Shown one piece after another: positions 1-12,362 of a stretch of DNA of 64,000 nt (position 1 is its first letter; each line of letters opens with the position of its first letter). The stretch is from Octopus vulgaris. Lineage: Eukaryota. Location of the stretch: the NCBI GenBank assembly GCA_951406725.2, contig OX597816.1, positions 158,472,001 to 158,536,000 of the forward strand, read 5' to 3'. The notes below the pieces were generated by a model. It worked only from the letters and a program-made list of their open reading frames with translations, did no database searches and had not been told where the DNA came from. The translations under genes were made by a program, and so were the position numbers.

Positions 1-269
1 CAAAATCATATAATATATTATCATGATTGGAAGTGAAATACATTAATAAAATAAAAATAAAAATGCAAATTATCTCTTTTTTTCTTAAATAGCTTCTCTT
101 AATCCTTTTCATTCTATGGGATTTCCATGGGTCCCACTAGTACTATTAATTGGAGTTTGAAAGTTTGTGTGAGGAAGGACAATTGGTTGGTTGACTATAA
201 AAATATGAACAGATCATCCAAAATATTAAGAATGATGATAACAATGATGATAGTGAGTGATGACATAGA

Positions 270-490
270 TATGAATGATGATAGGTCAAAGGAGATTGGG
301 ATGGAATGTCCTGTAGAGCTTCTGTAGAAGGTTTGCCTCTTAGGAATGGGAAAGATCACCAGAAGGATTTTGAGCACTTAATAGCTGATTAAAATCATGT
401 GGATATCTAAGGTTACAGGTAGTAACCCACAACTCACATAAATTCCACAAGGAATTAAACCAATCTCGCATCAAGTCGAATATTAATAAT
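270..490 (+). mobile_element. 3' remnant of R4/Dong-like non-LTR retrotransposon
   Basis: Degenerate KEIGMECPVELL*KVCLLGMGKITRRIL (LQK..LLGT.RI.R motif); similar to 14095-14715; taataataa tail. Confidence 0.55.
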
Positions 491-847
491 AAAATTTCTC
501 AGAAAAAAGCTATGCAAAATTTTTTACCTACACCAATTTTCTATTAATAATATAAATTTCACATTTCAATAATACTCTTCTGTGAATTCCTCTTATTTTA
601 ATTTCTTTTAACCCACCCCTCCTCCTCACCCTCATCACCACCACTACCACCACCAGCAAGTTACTCATTATATTTCTTCCACACAATGATTCCATGCATA
701 TAATTGGCATCTACAGTTATAGAACTCAAGTCTGACTGGCAAAACTTCAAAGATTTCTTAGTAAAATTTAATTTTATACTCTATATATATGTATCATGTA
801 CTTTCCGAGCTAATGTTTGAATCTCTTATAAAGTACACACACAAATA

Positions 848-898
<51 letters not shown>

Positions 899-939
899 CA
901 AAGTGGAGTTGTGGGGTACCGCACGAGTGGAATTATATA

Positions 940-2671
940 TGAAAGAAGGTTTGAAAATGCAATTTAAAAGATGTTTATTTACTTTACCGGTTTCACTCTT
1001 TGGAAAAAGATTGTCAAAAGTAACATGTGGAAGTTTGGTTGCGTTAATTATTGGTTGTTGCAAATTGCTACATTATATATATATATATATATATATATAC
1101 AGTCTTTGGTAACAGGGACATGTTAAGGACATAAAAAAGTTCAACAAGTTCCTTAAAATATTGGGCACAAAAGATTACATAAATAATCGTTCTCAAGGAC
1201 ATACTTAAGATAGTTTCCAGGAGGAATTGATATTGGTACTGTATCTGTATATTCAAACATGCACAGAATATTGGTTGACACAGAGTACTATAATCCATAT
1301 AAATATACAGTCTTTGGTGACAACAGTATGTTGAGAATATAAAAAAGTTTGACATTGAAATAATGGGCAGAAAAGATTAAAACAAATACATTATACATCT
1401 CAGGGTAATTTCCAGGAGGAATTATTAAAAAAAGTTCAGTATACACATACAGAATATTATGAGTTCAAAAAGATTTACATTATTATAGTGGTGAAGTTAG
1501 AACTAACCTGTCTGTTTTAGGAGAAATGTGGAATTGAAAAGAATGTTCCCTTTTTCTTCTTTTTTTGGCTCTCCTTCAAGCATCAGTGATTTTGGGGTCA
1601 GAATGAGGTAAGTATGTGTGTCTTTGTGTGTATGTGTGTGTGCATACATATATATGTGGTGTGAATAGATGTGTCTGTGTGTCTGTAATATTTGGTAGGA
1701 AGGTGTCTGTTTGTCAACCGCGTGTGTGGTTGTCATGGTGTTGTGTGTGTGTGTGTGTGTGTGCGTATGCATGTATGTGTGTGGATGGCATTTGACATGG
1801 TGCTGTGTGTGTATATGTGTGTCTGTATGGAGATGAGATTGGTGTGAGTGTGTGCGTCCCTGTGTGTGTGCATATACATGTATACATGTATCTGTGTGTG
1901 TGTGGGGGCTGTTTTTGATTGGTTCCAGGGTGGTGTAAATAGATGTGTGTTGTTTAAAGAATTTTTTGGGGTAGGATGGTGTGTGTATATGTGTGCCCGC
2001 CCGTATGCGCGTATGTGTGTGGTTAATGTCCATTAATGTGCTGCGCGTGCACCAGTGTGCATGTGTCTGTTCGCATGCGTGTCTGTTGGGTGTATCTGTG
2101 CCCTGCGTGTGCTGGCACTGAGTATGTGCCCGTGCGTGTGCGTGCACATGGCTTGGGTGCACGTGTCCCTGTGTGCATGTATACATGCACACACGCGTCT
2201 ACGCGTGTGTGCGGGCCATACAAACACACTACATATACATATATATACATACATACACACATATACACATCATACATATACATACCACACACACACACAC
2301 ACATTACACACACACACACCATACACACACACACCACACACACACCACACACACACACATACAACACACATATATACAGATACAGTACCAATATCAATTC
2401 CTCCTGGAAACTATCTTAAGTATGTCCTTGAGAACGATTATTTATGTAATCTTTTGTGCCCAATATTTTAAGGAACTTGTTGAACTTTTTTATGTCCTTA
2501 ACATGTCCCTGTTACCAAAGACTGTATATATATATATAATGTAGCAATTTGCAACAACCAATAATTAACGCAACCAAACTTCCACATGTTACTTTTGACA
2601 ATCTTTTTCCAAAGAGTGAAACCGGTAAAGTAAATAAACATCTTTTAAATTGCATTTTCAAACCTTCTTTC

Positions 2672-2672
<1 letters not shown>
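940..2672. mobile_element. Non-autonomous foldback/TIR element with about 310-bp inverted repeats, flanked by TA repeats
   Basis: 940-1251 is the near-perfect reverse complement of 2371-2672. Termini (C/T)GAAAGAAGG...CCTTCTTTCG are bordered by TA. Interior is TG-rich then CA-rich. Another end of the family is at about 30840-31018. Confidence 0.85.
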
Positions 2673-2732
<60 letters not shown>

Positions 2733-3073
2733 TCCTCCCCTCTCAAAGGATCTTTGTCTTGCAAGTTACTTGGTGACCCTGCCAGTGCTGGTGCCACGTA
2801 AAAATCATCAGTCCACCCTGTAAAGTGTTTGGCATTCGGAAGGGCATCCAGCAGTAAAAATTCATGCCAAAACTGACCTTACCTATGCTGGCGCTATGTA
2901 AAAAGCACTGAATCCACTCTGTGGAGTGGTTGGTGTTAGGAAGGGTATCCAGCCATAAAAACTATGCCAAAACAGATGATGAATTCTGGTGCAGTCTTCT
3001 GCCTGGCCAGCACCTGTCAAACTGTCCGACCCATGCCAGCATGGAAGGTGGATGATGGTGATGATGTTAAACA

Positions 3074-3105
<32 letters not shown>

Positions 3106-3339
3106 GGTGATGGTGATGATGTTGATGATGATAATGATATATATTTATCATCATCATCATATGCCCTTCCTGTCAAATTCTCACCTGTTTCCAAACAAGT
3201 TAATATTTCCCCATGGCCAGACATGCTTCCACAGAAAATATTCATCAAAGATTTTAGATTTCCTCACAATATGTTGGAGCCAGTTCTCTTATTTGAAGTA
3301 CCTTAATGCTGGTCCAAGAGACAGAAATCAAGAATTGTC

Positions 3340-3799
3340 TAATTCCACTTAATATATTTCATCCTTTATTTATGGATCCTTGCATGGACCTTGGGGTACT
3401 TGCTCTTGTTGAATGGCCTTCACATTCCCCAGACTTGACTAGCCCGGATTTTTTTTTTTTTTTTGTGGGGATACCTGAAAGAGAGGGTTTATGTCAATAA
3501 ACCAGAGACCCTGGTGTAACCGGAGAACATCAATAGAGAAATCAGAGAAGTGGGATCTGAAACTTTTGAGGGTATTATGGTGGAAGTTTTGGAAAGAGCA
3601 TGGACATGCAAAACTGAAAATGGCTGCCATTTAAGTGATGTCATTTTTCATATGTAAAATAGTGGTGTTGCAAAATTTGACTTGTGCATATTAATTTTTG
3701 TTATATCCTTTATATTATATCAAAGTTCCATGCATTTCTTTGTAAAGTTATGGAAGCTATTAAAAATTGAAATCCTTCAGTGACTTTTGGGACACCCTG
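3340..3799 (+). mobile_element. Tc1/mariner-superfamily transposon remnant (transposase C-terminus plus right TIR)
   Basis: EWPSHSPDLTSPDFF..GYLKERVYVNKP (WPxxSPDL motif, frameshifted in a poly-T run); ends ttttgggacaccctg|TA. Confidence 0.8.
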
Positions 3800-4208
3800 T
3801 ATATAGTCCTAAAATGATAAGTTTCAACAGTAATTGCAACAAAGGCAGTGTATTTAACCGAAATATGGTAACAAAAGGGTAAAGCGCCTATGCCTTTTGT
3901 TTTCATTTTAGAAGCAGTTTATATTACCGTTACAATGGAAATTTCAGGTATTGGTAGTTTCCAGCTTTTGATGTTAATGGCTTGGATATTATTTAGTGTC
4001 TGATCAAGTAACCCAAATGTTGATCTAAAAATTGCTACTGTAATCGTATTGCTGGTCAAAGACTTATTGCATGTAGAGAACTCTGAAAAACATGTTTTTC
4101 GGTTTTTTTTTATCCAGGTGTTAACTTTCTTGGTTTCATATTCTTTTTTACAAGTTCCCTCATACGAAGGATTTTCTTCCATCCCTAAATACTTGTAGCA
4201 TTACTCAT

Positions 4209-4243
4209 CAGATATCAGATATCAGATATCAGATATCAGATAT
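4209..4243. repeat. (CAGATAT)5 tandem repeat, followed by compound TA/TG microsatellites to about 4716
   Basis: Directly visible. Confidence 0.9.
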
Positions 4244-4333
4244 GCATATATGTGTGTACGTATGTGAGTATGTTTGTGCATATATGTATATGTATGCATG
4301 TATGTATGTATATATATGTGTGATTATATATGC

Positions 4334-4364
<31 letters not shown>

Positions 4365-4407
4365 CACACATATACAAATATATATATACATATATATATA
4401 TATACAC

Positions 4408-4446
<39 letters not shown>

Positions 4447-4635
4447 TTTAAATATGTATAACTATACGTGTGTATATATGTGTGAGTTTGTGGTCTGTTT
4501 GTGTGTGTGTGTGTGTGTGTGTGTTTGTGTGCAAGCTGATAAATCATTTCATTACTTCTTAGAATAGTGATGGAGTGAATCATCATTTATTTCTGAGTAA
4601 ATGCTACTGCATACATATATATGTATATGAATATG

Positions 4636-4719
<84 letters not shown>

Positions 4720-5313
4720 TGACTGGCTCTTGTGCCAGTGACACATAAAAGCACCCACTGCACTCTTGGAGTGGTTGCCATTAGGAAGGGCATCTAGCTG
4801 TAGAAACTCTGCCAGATCAGGATTGGAGCCTGGTGCAGCTAGCTGGTTCGCCAGTCTTCAATCAAAGCGTCCAACCCATGCTAGCATGGAAAGTGGACAT
4901 TAAACGATGATGATGATGATAACATATATATTTCGTTTTTGGATTTGGTTTGCAAGATTCTTTATATAAGTGTTGAAGCATATTCTGTTGTGTCTGGGGA
5001 GAGTCATTTTCTTTTTGTGCCTTATAATTTAAAGCACTCACCGGTAAAATTTCCACTTATTTCTTATTTTTATTTTCCTAAAATTTTTGTTGCGTCTTGC
5101 AACCTTTTCAATAGTCTTGACACCATCAGGTACCATTCAAGCACTCTAGGTAGAATCCAAGTTCTGGCTAACCACATCAAATGATATGGAATACCCTTGG
5201 ACTACTTAAGGTAAATTATTCCAATGTTTCTCTTCTGATGTGTAAATCCTGAGTTCATTTCATTGGATTATAAATAATTTGCTTTGTGTGTATCTGAGGC
5301 AAAATAAATAAGG

Positions 5314-7039
5314 TGTTGTACCCTCTGTCTCCAATGTCATGGTACCACCACAATATTGTGACAGATGGTTTAGATACACTGTACCAATGTTGTAACAGTA
5401 AACAAGATAACGATGCAGTCACAATAACAATGTAATGATCTAACAATCTCTTCATGAAACAACAATCAACATTCCAAATGAACTAACCTTCTGACTTTAC
5501 AGCGAACTCAACTCAAACTAACACACAAACTTGACTCTCACTGCTCGGTCCAGTCTATTTCTAACAAGGGGGCATCATGACTCTCATGACAACATCTGCC
5601 CTTTTGAGATTTCAACTTCCATAAGAAATGAAATTAATTTTGTTTTATCTTTTTCCATCACCTCTCCCTCTTTTTTGTTTTTAGAAAATTTAAAATCTTT
5701 TTCGTTCTGGCATTATTTCTAAGTGTACAGTCTGTTTCCTTTTTATACTGCTTCTTCTATGAGGCTCAATCTCTTTCAATACTGGCACTTCAAACATGTC
5801 ATAGCAGACTTCCATTGGTATTTCCTTTTGTTTTTCAGTATATCTTGTCTTTAATTGGTTCAGGTGTTTCTTATGTTCTCAAAGTTGTCCTTTAATTACA
5901 TGCATCATATTTCCTAATCTTTTAGTTACAAAACCATCCTCCCAGCCTTCTTTACCATTTTCGCAAATTTTAAAATGAACTTTATCTTCTACTTCGAAAT
6001 GTTTTGTTGCCTTTTTTGTATTTCCTTTAAGTCTATGTTTTCCCGGCAATAATTTATCGAAGATCATTTTTATTTTTCGCACAAATATTAACTCTGCCAG
6101 AGACTTTTCTGAACTGGTATTCAGATTAGGCATTACTCTATATACCCTCAAGAATTTCATTAGCACTTTGTCATTTCCTACATCTTTCCTTGCTTTTTTT
6201 AACATTCGCTTGAAAGTATAAACAAACCTTTCTACCTGCTCATCTGACCTCATCTGACAAATATCTGTCAAATGTAAATAAAGTAATTTGATTGTTTCCT
6301 GAAAATAAACTTCACTAGATTTTTTGGGCAATATGAAATTACAGTATTGTTTATGCTTAGATGGAGCTAATTTACATAATGATAACCTTACTTTTTCTTC
6401 ATGCAACCATGTTTTGCAATCTTCCTTAAAAATTTCCTCGTACCTTCTGTAGTACGATGCAAAAGTTATACTCTCTTCTGGGTTAAAACTGAATTCATTA
6501 ATCAAGTTCAATACGCTGTCTGGTAAAAATGAATTCACCTTATTTTTGGACTTCTTTGAATATAGCTCTGATAATTGTTTGTTGTTGTAGTTGATGCTGT
6601 ACTAGTTGTTTCTGCAATTCGTGTTGCTGTTATTGTTGCTTTTGCTATTGTGTTATAGAAGCTAATAGGTCTTCCATCATTTAACAAGTATCATGAACAA
6701 ATTGTTAAATAACCTATGTGGGCTTTGAAACCTTCATCACCAGATATTGTATCTATCATCTCCAATGTCATGATATCACCAAGATATTGTGATGGATGGT
6801 TTAGATACACTGTACCAGTGTTGTAACAGTAAATAAGTTAACAATGCAGTTGCAATAATAATGTAATGATCCAACAATCTCTTCATGAATCAACATTCCA
6901 AACAAACTAACCAACTGACACCTGACTTTACTGTGAACTCACCTCAAACTAACACTAACTTCATTCTGTTTGCTACTAATTATAATCACTTGGTCCAGTC
7001 TATTTTTTGCAAGGGGGTGCTGTGACTCTCATCACAACA
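5314..7039 (-). mobile_element. Internally deleted Gypsy-type LTR retrotransposon
   Basis: LTRs 6745-7039 and 5314-5594 (TGTTGT...ACAACA); 5-bp TSD TAAGG at 5309-5313 and 7040-7044; PBS-like TGGTGATGAAGG at 6731-6742; purine tract before the 3' LTR. Confidence 0.92.
5879..6680 (-). pseudogene. Degenerate gag N-terminus fused to integrase C-terminus
   Basis: INEFSFNPEESITFASYYRRYEEIFKED...KVRL (gag-like) is joined directly to QVERFVYTFKRMLKK...FLRVYRVMP...SLAELIFVRKIK (integrase C-terminal motifs); stops in the 5' part. Confidence 0.8.
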
Positions 7040-8655
7040 TAAGGAGAATTATACACCTATTCAGATTTTATTATTACAATCTATTTCTTTATTACTCACA
7101 AGGGGATAAACATAGAGGGGACAAACAAGGACAGACAAAGGGATTAAGTCGATTACATCGACCCCAGTGTGTAACTGGTACTTAGTTTATCGACCCCGAA
7201 AGGATGAAAGGCAAAGTTGACCTCGGTGGAATTTGAACCCAGAACATAACAGCAGGCGAAATACAGCTATGCATTTCGCCCGGCGTGCTAACGTTTCTGC
7301 CAGCTCGCTGCCTTAATTTTATTATGACAATCATTTATGCAGTATATTCTCTTTAAACCTCTGTCCAACATATTTTTCTGCTGCATGGATATTTTGTTAT
7401 GTGGTATTTATTTGCATCCTGTTGGTTCAGCTGCAATCTGATTTCATCATGGTTAAAAATGTATCCATGCAGATTTATTCAAGTTGTTGCTACAATTAAA
7501 GTATGAAGTGAACTGGAGTATAATGGCTTTGACTCTCTTCTATTTTTGGCAAGGACAATTAATGTTAAGTGCAAGGAATATGAAGGATCATCATCATCGT
7601 TTAAACGTCCGCTTTCCATGCTAGCATGGGTTGGATGGTTCAACTGGGGTCTGGGAAGCCCGAAGGCTGCACCAGGCCAGTCAGATCTGGCAGGGTTTCT
7701 ACAGCTGGATGCCCTTCCTAACGCCAACCACTCCATGAGTGTAGTGGGTGTTTTTTATGTGCCACCGACACAGGTGCCAGACGAGGCTGTAGGGGAAAAT
7801 CTGATATGGCTATAAAATCCATCCATAATCAGTTTGATCCTAGGATGACCCCCAGGGTTTAGATATAGAATCATGAATACCAAGAATTAAACTAGGTTAG
7901 AGTATATTTCATCCATTAACCATCAGCAAAATAGATAGGGATACTTTTTGTGAGAGATTAAGGGTCAATAAGTCAAATAAATTTTAAAATACAAGATACA
8001 TTTACTTCTAAGAGCTATAACAGGAGTCCTGGGAGATATGACAGACTCAAGGAAGTGTGTGGTATGCCTGGATATCCCTTGTGATGTACAAATGTCACAT
8101 CATTCCATTTAATAGTCACTGTTCAACGGTCAGGATAACACTTCGATTTATGTTACATTGACAAATCTTTTTAACAATGAATCTTTCATTAATGCTTTTT
8201 ATTCAATAATTCATCATTAGCTGTTTAGTTGCCATGACATAGCTTTAAAGTATAATGACCAGCTGGTACTGTGGTTTTTGTTGCTTAACCACTGATCACA
8301 CCTGAATTAATTAGCAGATCTATAATCTAATCAAAGGCCTTCCAGCCATGTCTCCCACGTCCTTCTCATGAGCAGGATCTTTTTTTCAGAGAGGACAGGA
8401 ATTGAAAATAATATGAAAGACATCATGCATGCGCCAATATTTATTTTCAAGTACAGAGAGACAACAGGGGGAACACCATTAGTAGGAGAGGTTGAGAAGG
8501 TGAAAGAGGAGAATAAAATGTAGTGTTGGAAAGGAACAAGGGACGCTAAGCTAAGAGAAAATAAGAGAAGTTAATACAGTAATACAACAAAAACAACCTT
8601 ATCTTTTACTTTTAACTCTACTAAATATGTCAGTGGTAATCATATTATTAAGTAA

Positions 8656-10248
8656 CTAGCTGACACTGTCCCGTCAAAAATGACAGCCAACAATAGTATT
8701 TTATATAATTACTAGCAAATGCCCCTCCATCCATTGGATGGTGTAAGTTTGTGATAGGACTGAAGTATAAAATAATGTAATTCTGCTCCTGTCTATGCTT
8801 AAAATTGAGGATTATTTGACATAGTTGAGACATTAAATCAAAAATGAGCTGGTATTCAAAAGGGGTCATGTTTTATTTGCAGATATCGGGCATTAAAATG
8901 TGAAAATATGGAAAATTATCATTTGGAATGCCGTTTAATTGACTGGATAGCTGAAGAATCAATACAAAAAGCATATACGACATTTCTATGGACATGAAGG
9001 CAATCTGTAAGAGACATGTTTAATTGCAATATGAAATTACCTGAGGCATCTGGGAATCTGTGCATTGAAATGAAAAAATGCTTGACTTTAACAACGGGCA
9101 TTTGTTGAAAGATTAACATGACCTATTGTGAAGAGTAAATAGCTTGCCTCATTTGCAAGTCGGTGCTGAACCTTTGAAGTCCCTGCTGCTCGGAGACCAT
9201 CCAGATTCTAAACACTTTCTTTGGAATATAAGAGCCTACAATTCTGCTTTCCAAATTAAAGTATAAACAATGGGCATGTACGTGTCAAATCAAGTGAGTC
9301 ACACAAAAGTCGAAAAATACCACTCATTTTTTGTTTTATATAAGAAACTGTTAACTAAAGTTTTAGATATTTGTAACCCAAATTTCCACGTTCAATTACC
9401 AATAAATTTGTCGTTTTCTACCGTCAATTGAATTTTGTTGTGAGAAAATATTCCCACAGTTGATTGATCACCAATTAGTGCCATTTATTCATTAAAATTA
9501 ATATTTTATTTCATTTTTACTTATTCAAAATAGGTGCCTTGTCTTCTTACTCTTTTGCTTCAGCTTATTTATTAAACACAGAATGACATGCCTGGATGCA
9601 CGTGTTTGAGTACAGTTCATTCATCATCATCATCATCATCATCGTTTAGCGTCCACTTTCCATGCTAGCATGGGTTGGATGATTCAACTGGGGTCTGGGA
9701 AGCCAGAAGGCTGCACCAGGCCCAGTCTGATCTGGCAATGTTTCTACGGCTGGATGCCCTTCCTAACGCCAACCACTCCGTGAGTGTAGTGAGTGCTTTT
9801 TACGTGCCACTGGCACAGGTACCAGACAAGTCTGGCAAACGGCCACGATCGGATGGTGCTTTTTACGTGCCACTGGCACGGGGGCCAGGCGATAATTTTT
9901 ACTACAATCACATGTTTTTTCGTAAAATTGCTTAGAAAGCTTAATGCATTTAATGCTCTGATGCTAATTAGATGAACATAGTGGCTGTACATATGTGATT
10001 TGCAGAATGATAGCCAATAAGTGCTATTGAAATCGGATTTTCCATCAAGATTTTGATTAAAAAAAGGGAAAATCTCAATTTGAAACTAACGATTATGTTA
10101 TGAAATTTAACTGATGCACCCACTGTGATGTCTTTTACCTATGTGTAAAATTTCAGTGTGATCAGTTGAAAAATACGACTGTTGTAATCTTTTACACACA
10201 TACAGACACACACACACACACAGACAAGATATATATTATATTATAAGG
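8656..10248 (-). mobile_element. Composite Helitron-like element
   Basis: Two A|CTAG ends (8656, 8712), each with a hairpin about 12 nt away (ccgtca-aaaa-tgacag; ccatcca-t-tggatgg). Helitron-like opposite end near 10090-10248 (approximate). Confidence 0.55.
9141..9258 (+). pseudogene. Helitron Rep/helicase N-terminal fragment
   Basis: SLPHLQVGAEPLKSLLLGDHPDSKHFLWNIRAYNSAFQ matches the Helitron motif LP.L...PEPL..LL.G....S..FL.NIR.YNS.FQ as recalled. Confidence 0.75.
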
Positions 10249-10789
10249 TACAAAATAAGGTACATAATAATCACAAATACAAACATTCACATACTTCCCT
10301 TGTACATGCACACACATATATTCACACAGAATTGAAATGCTGTTTGATTTTTCTTTTCAGCAATGAATGTTCATCCCATTTCCATTGCACACACACACAC
10401 ACACACACATTCACATGTCTCCCTTTTATATACACACACATATACTCACACAGAGTTGAAACGCTGTTTGATTTTTTTTCACCATAGAACTTCCATCATC
10501 TCACTACCAAGTTTGTCATCACCCCTTCCTTCCTCATTCATCTATCACCCCTTCCTTTCTCATTCATATGTTGTGACGGAGAAATACACAAGAGTATTAT
10601 TATAGTAGATAATAATGGGCTTATTGAATACATTACTCAAGCATCCTACAACTCACTGGAAAGGATAAAAGAGGGAGCAGAAAGCAAAAATAAATCAAGA
10701 AAAGACAGCAAAAATAACCAAAAGGGCATGCAGAGTATAGAGAAAAAGACAGAAAAGGGAACAGTAAAAGAGTCATAGAGAAGAATGGG

Positions 10790-11135
10790 TGTATAGGTAT
10801 GTGAGCAGTAGTGATGGTAGACTTTAGGAAGCATGGGATTGTTGAAGGATGCAGTGTTGTGATAGCTAAAACTGATGTTGGTAGTTTATTTCATGCATCT
10901 CCCTTTTATATACACACACATATACTCGCACAGAGTTGAAACGCTGTTTGATTTTTTTTTTCACCGTAGAACTTCCATCATCCCACTACCAAGTTTGCCA
11001 TCACCCCTTCCTTCCTTATTCATCTATCACCCCCTTCCTTTCTCATTCATATGTTGTGATGGAGAAATACACAAGAGATGTTGGTAGTTTATTCCATGCT
11101 TTAACAAATCTGAGTGTGAAAAAAATGTTTCCAGA
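10790..11135 (-). mobile_element. CR1-like LINE 3' remnant interrupted by a local duplication
   Basis: Minus strand KHFFTLRFVKAWNKLP (FF..R....WN.LP motif). Confidence 0.6.
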
Positions 11136-11360
11136 TGTCATGAGTGTCATTCTAAAAATGCATCAAATGCCTAACTGTATTCATTGAAATATTTATAATT
11201 CACATGAAATATTTGAAGAAATGGTCATAATCGTAATGTTTTTGTTCTGAATTGCAGATAACCATCTGATATATATACATATATATAAAAGTATACATAT
11301 AACGGCATCACGGTGATTCCTTCTGATAAGGGGCCTCTACAGTTAGGCCCCAGAGCAAGA

Positions 11361-11516
11361 ATGGACCTACTATGTAGCAAGTTATTGAGACTTGGTATTC
11401 TGCAAACATTTCTCAGCCTCAGTTGTACTGTTATGGCCAGCGTTTGTCTAGACTACTTAAAAAACCAACATGTACTTGCTGCACTTGCTGGAGGTGCCCT
11501 CTTTTGCTCTTTTTGT
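11361..11516 (+). CDS. Uncharacterised multipass membrane protein, first coding exon (exon probably starts at acceptor 11258)
   Basis: ATG at 11361 after in-frame stops; MDLLCSKLLRLGILQTFLSLSCTVMASVCLDYLKNQHVLAALAGGALFCSFC; donor TGT|GTAAGT, phase 0; upstream acceptor ttttgttctgaattgcAG. Confidence 0.72.
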
Positions 11517-11624
11517 GTAAGTATTGAGAAATTCATTTTATGAACATTTTAAACAAAAGTGATTTTATTCTACCAAATAAACGACCTAACTTTTGCTTTT
11601 ATAACTCTATTTTTATTATTACTT

Positions 11625-11953
11625 ATGCCAGCGCTGCCCCAACTGGCTTCTGTGCCGGTGGCACTTAAAAAGCACCATATGAATGTGGCCGTTGCCAGCG
11701 CCGCCTTGGCTGGCTTCTGTGCCGGTGGCATGTTAAAAGCTCCAACCGATCGTGGCCGATGCCGGACATCCCTGGCACCTGTGCAGGTGGCACGTAAAAA
11801 GCACCCACTACACTCGCGGAGTGGTTGGCCTTAGGAAGGGCATCCAGCTGTAGAAACTCTGCCAGATCAGACTGGAGCCTGGTGCAGCCCCTGGCTTCCC
11901 AGACCCCGGTTGAACCGTCCAACCCGTGCTAGCGCGGAAAACGGACGTTAAAC

Positions 11954-11990
<37 letters not shown>
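11625..11990 (+). mobile_element. SINE-like family A with (GAT)n tail (other copies near 2776, 4720, 7588, 9618, 17895, 18265, 20540, 26220, 30115, 41422, 41662, 54975, 60850)
   Basis: Shared AGGAAGGGCATCCAGCTGTAGAAAC...GCTAGC..GGAAA..GGACGTTAAACGATGATG and internal tandem GGTGGCACGTAAAAAGCACC modules. Confidence 0.88.
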
Positions 11991-11992
<2 letters not shown>

Positions 11993-12134
11993 GAGTTCAA
12001 ATTCAGCTGAGCTTGACTTTGTTTTTCACCCTTTCGATATCAATGAAATGAATTCCAGTTATTTACTTGGCTCAGTATAATTGACTTAACCTCTCGCCCC
12101 AAGATTTCTGGCCTCATGCCTACAGTACAAAGGA

Positions 12135-12331
12135 TTCTTCTTCTTCTTCTTCTTCTTCTTCTTCTTCTTCTTCTTCTTCTTCTTCTTCTTCTTCTTCTTC
12201 TTCTTCTTCTTCTTCTTCTTCTTCTTCCTCCTCCTCCTCCTCCTCCTCCTCCTCCTCCTCCTCTTCTTCTTCTTCTTCTTCTTCTTCTTCTTCTTCTTCT
12301 TCTTCTTCTTCTTCTTCTTCTTCTTCTTCTT

Positions 12332-12361
<30 letters not shown>
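12135..12361. repeat. (CTT)n(CCT)n(CTT)n homopyrimidine microsatellite
   Basis: Directly visible. Confidence 0.98.

Positions 12362-12362
<1 letters not shown>

Noticed and set aside
1503-2544. Several 120-230 aa His/Thr- or Cys/Val-rich ORFs
   Set aside because: Translations of CA/TG microsatellite sequence inside the foldback element.
9270-9293. ATG GGC ATG...CAA|GTGAGT as first coding exon of the plus-strand gene
   Set aside because: Lies within Helitron-derived sequence; the 11361 exon gives a better N-terminus.
11625-11810. Repeated GGTGGCACGTAAAAAGCACC units with spacers, superficially CRISPR-like
   Set aside because: Internal modules of a dispersed eukaryotic repeat; spacers are related to each other and there are no cas genes.
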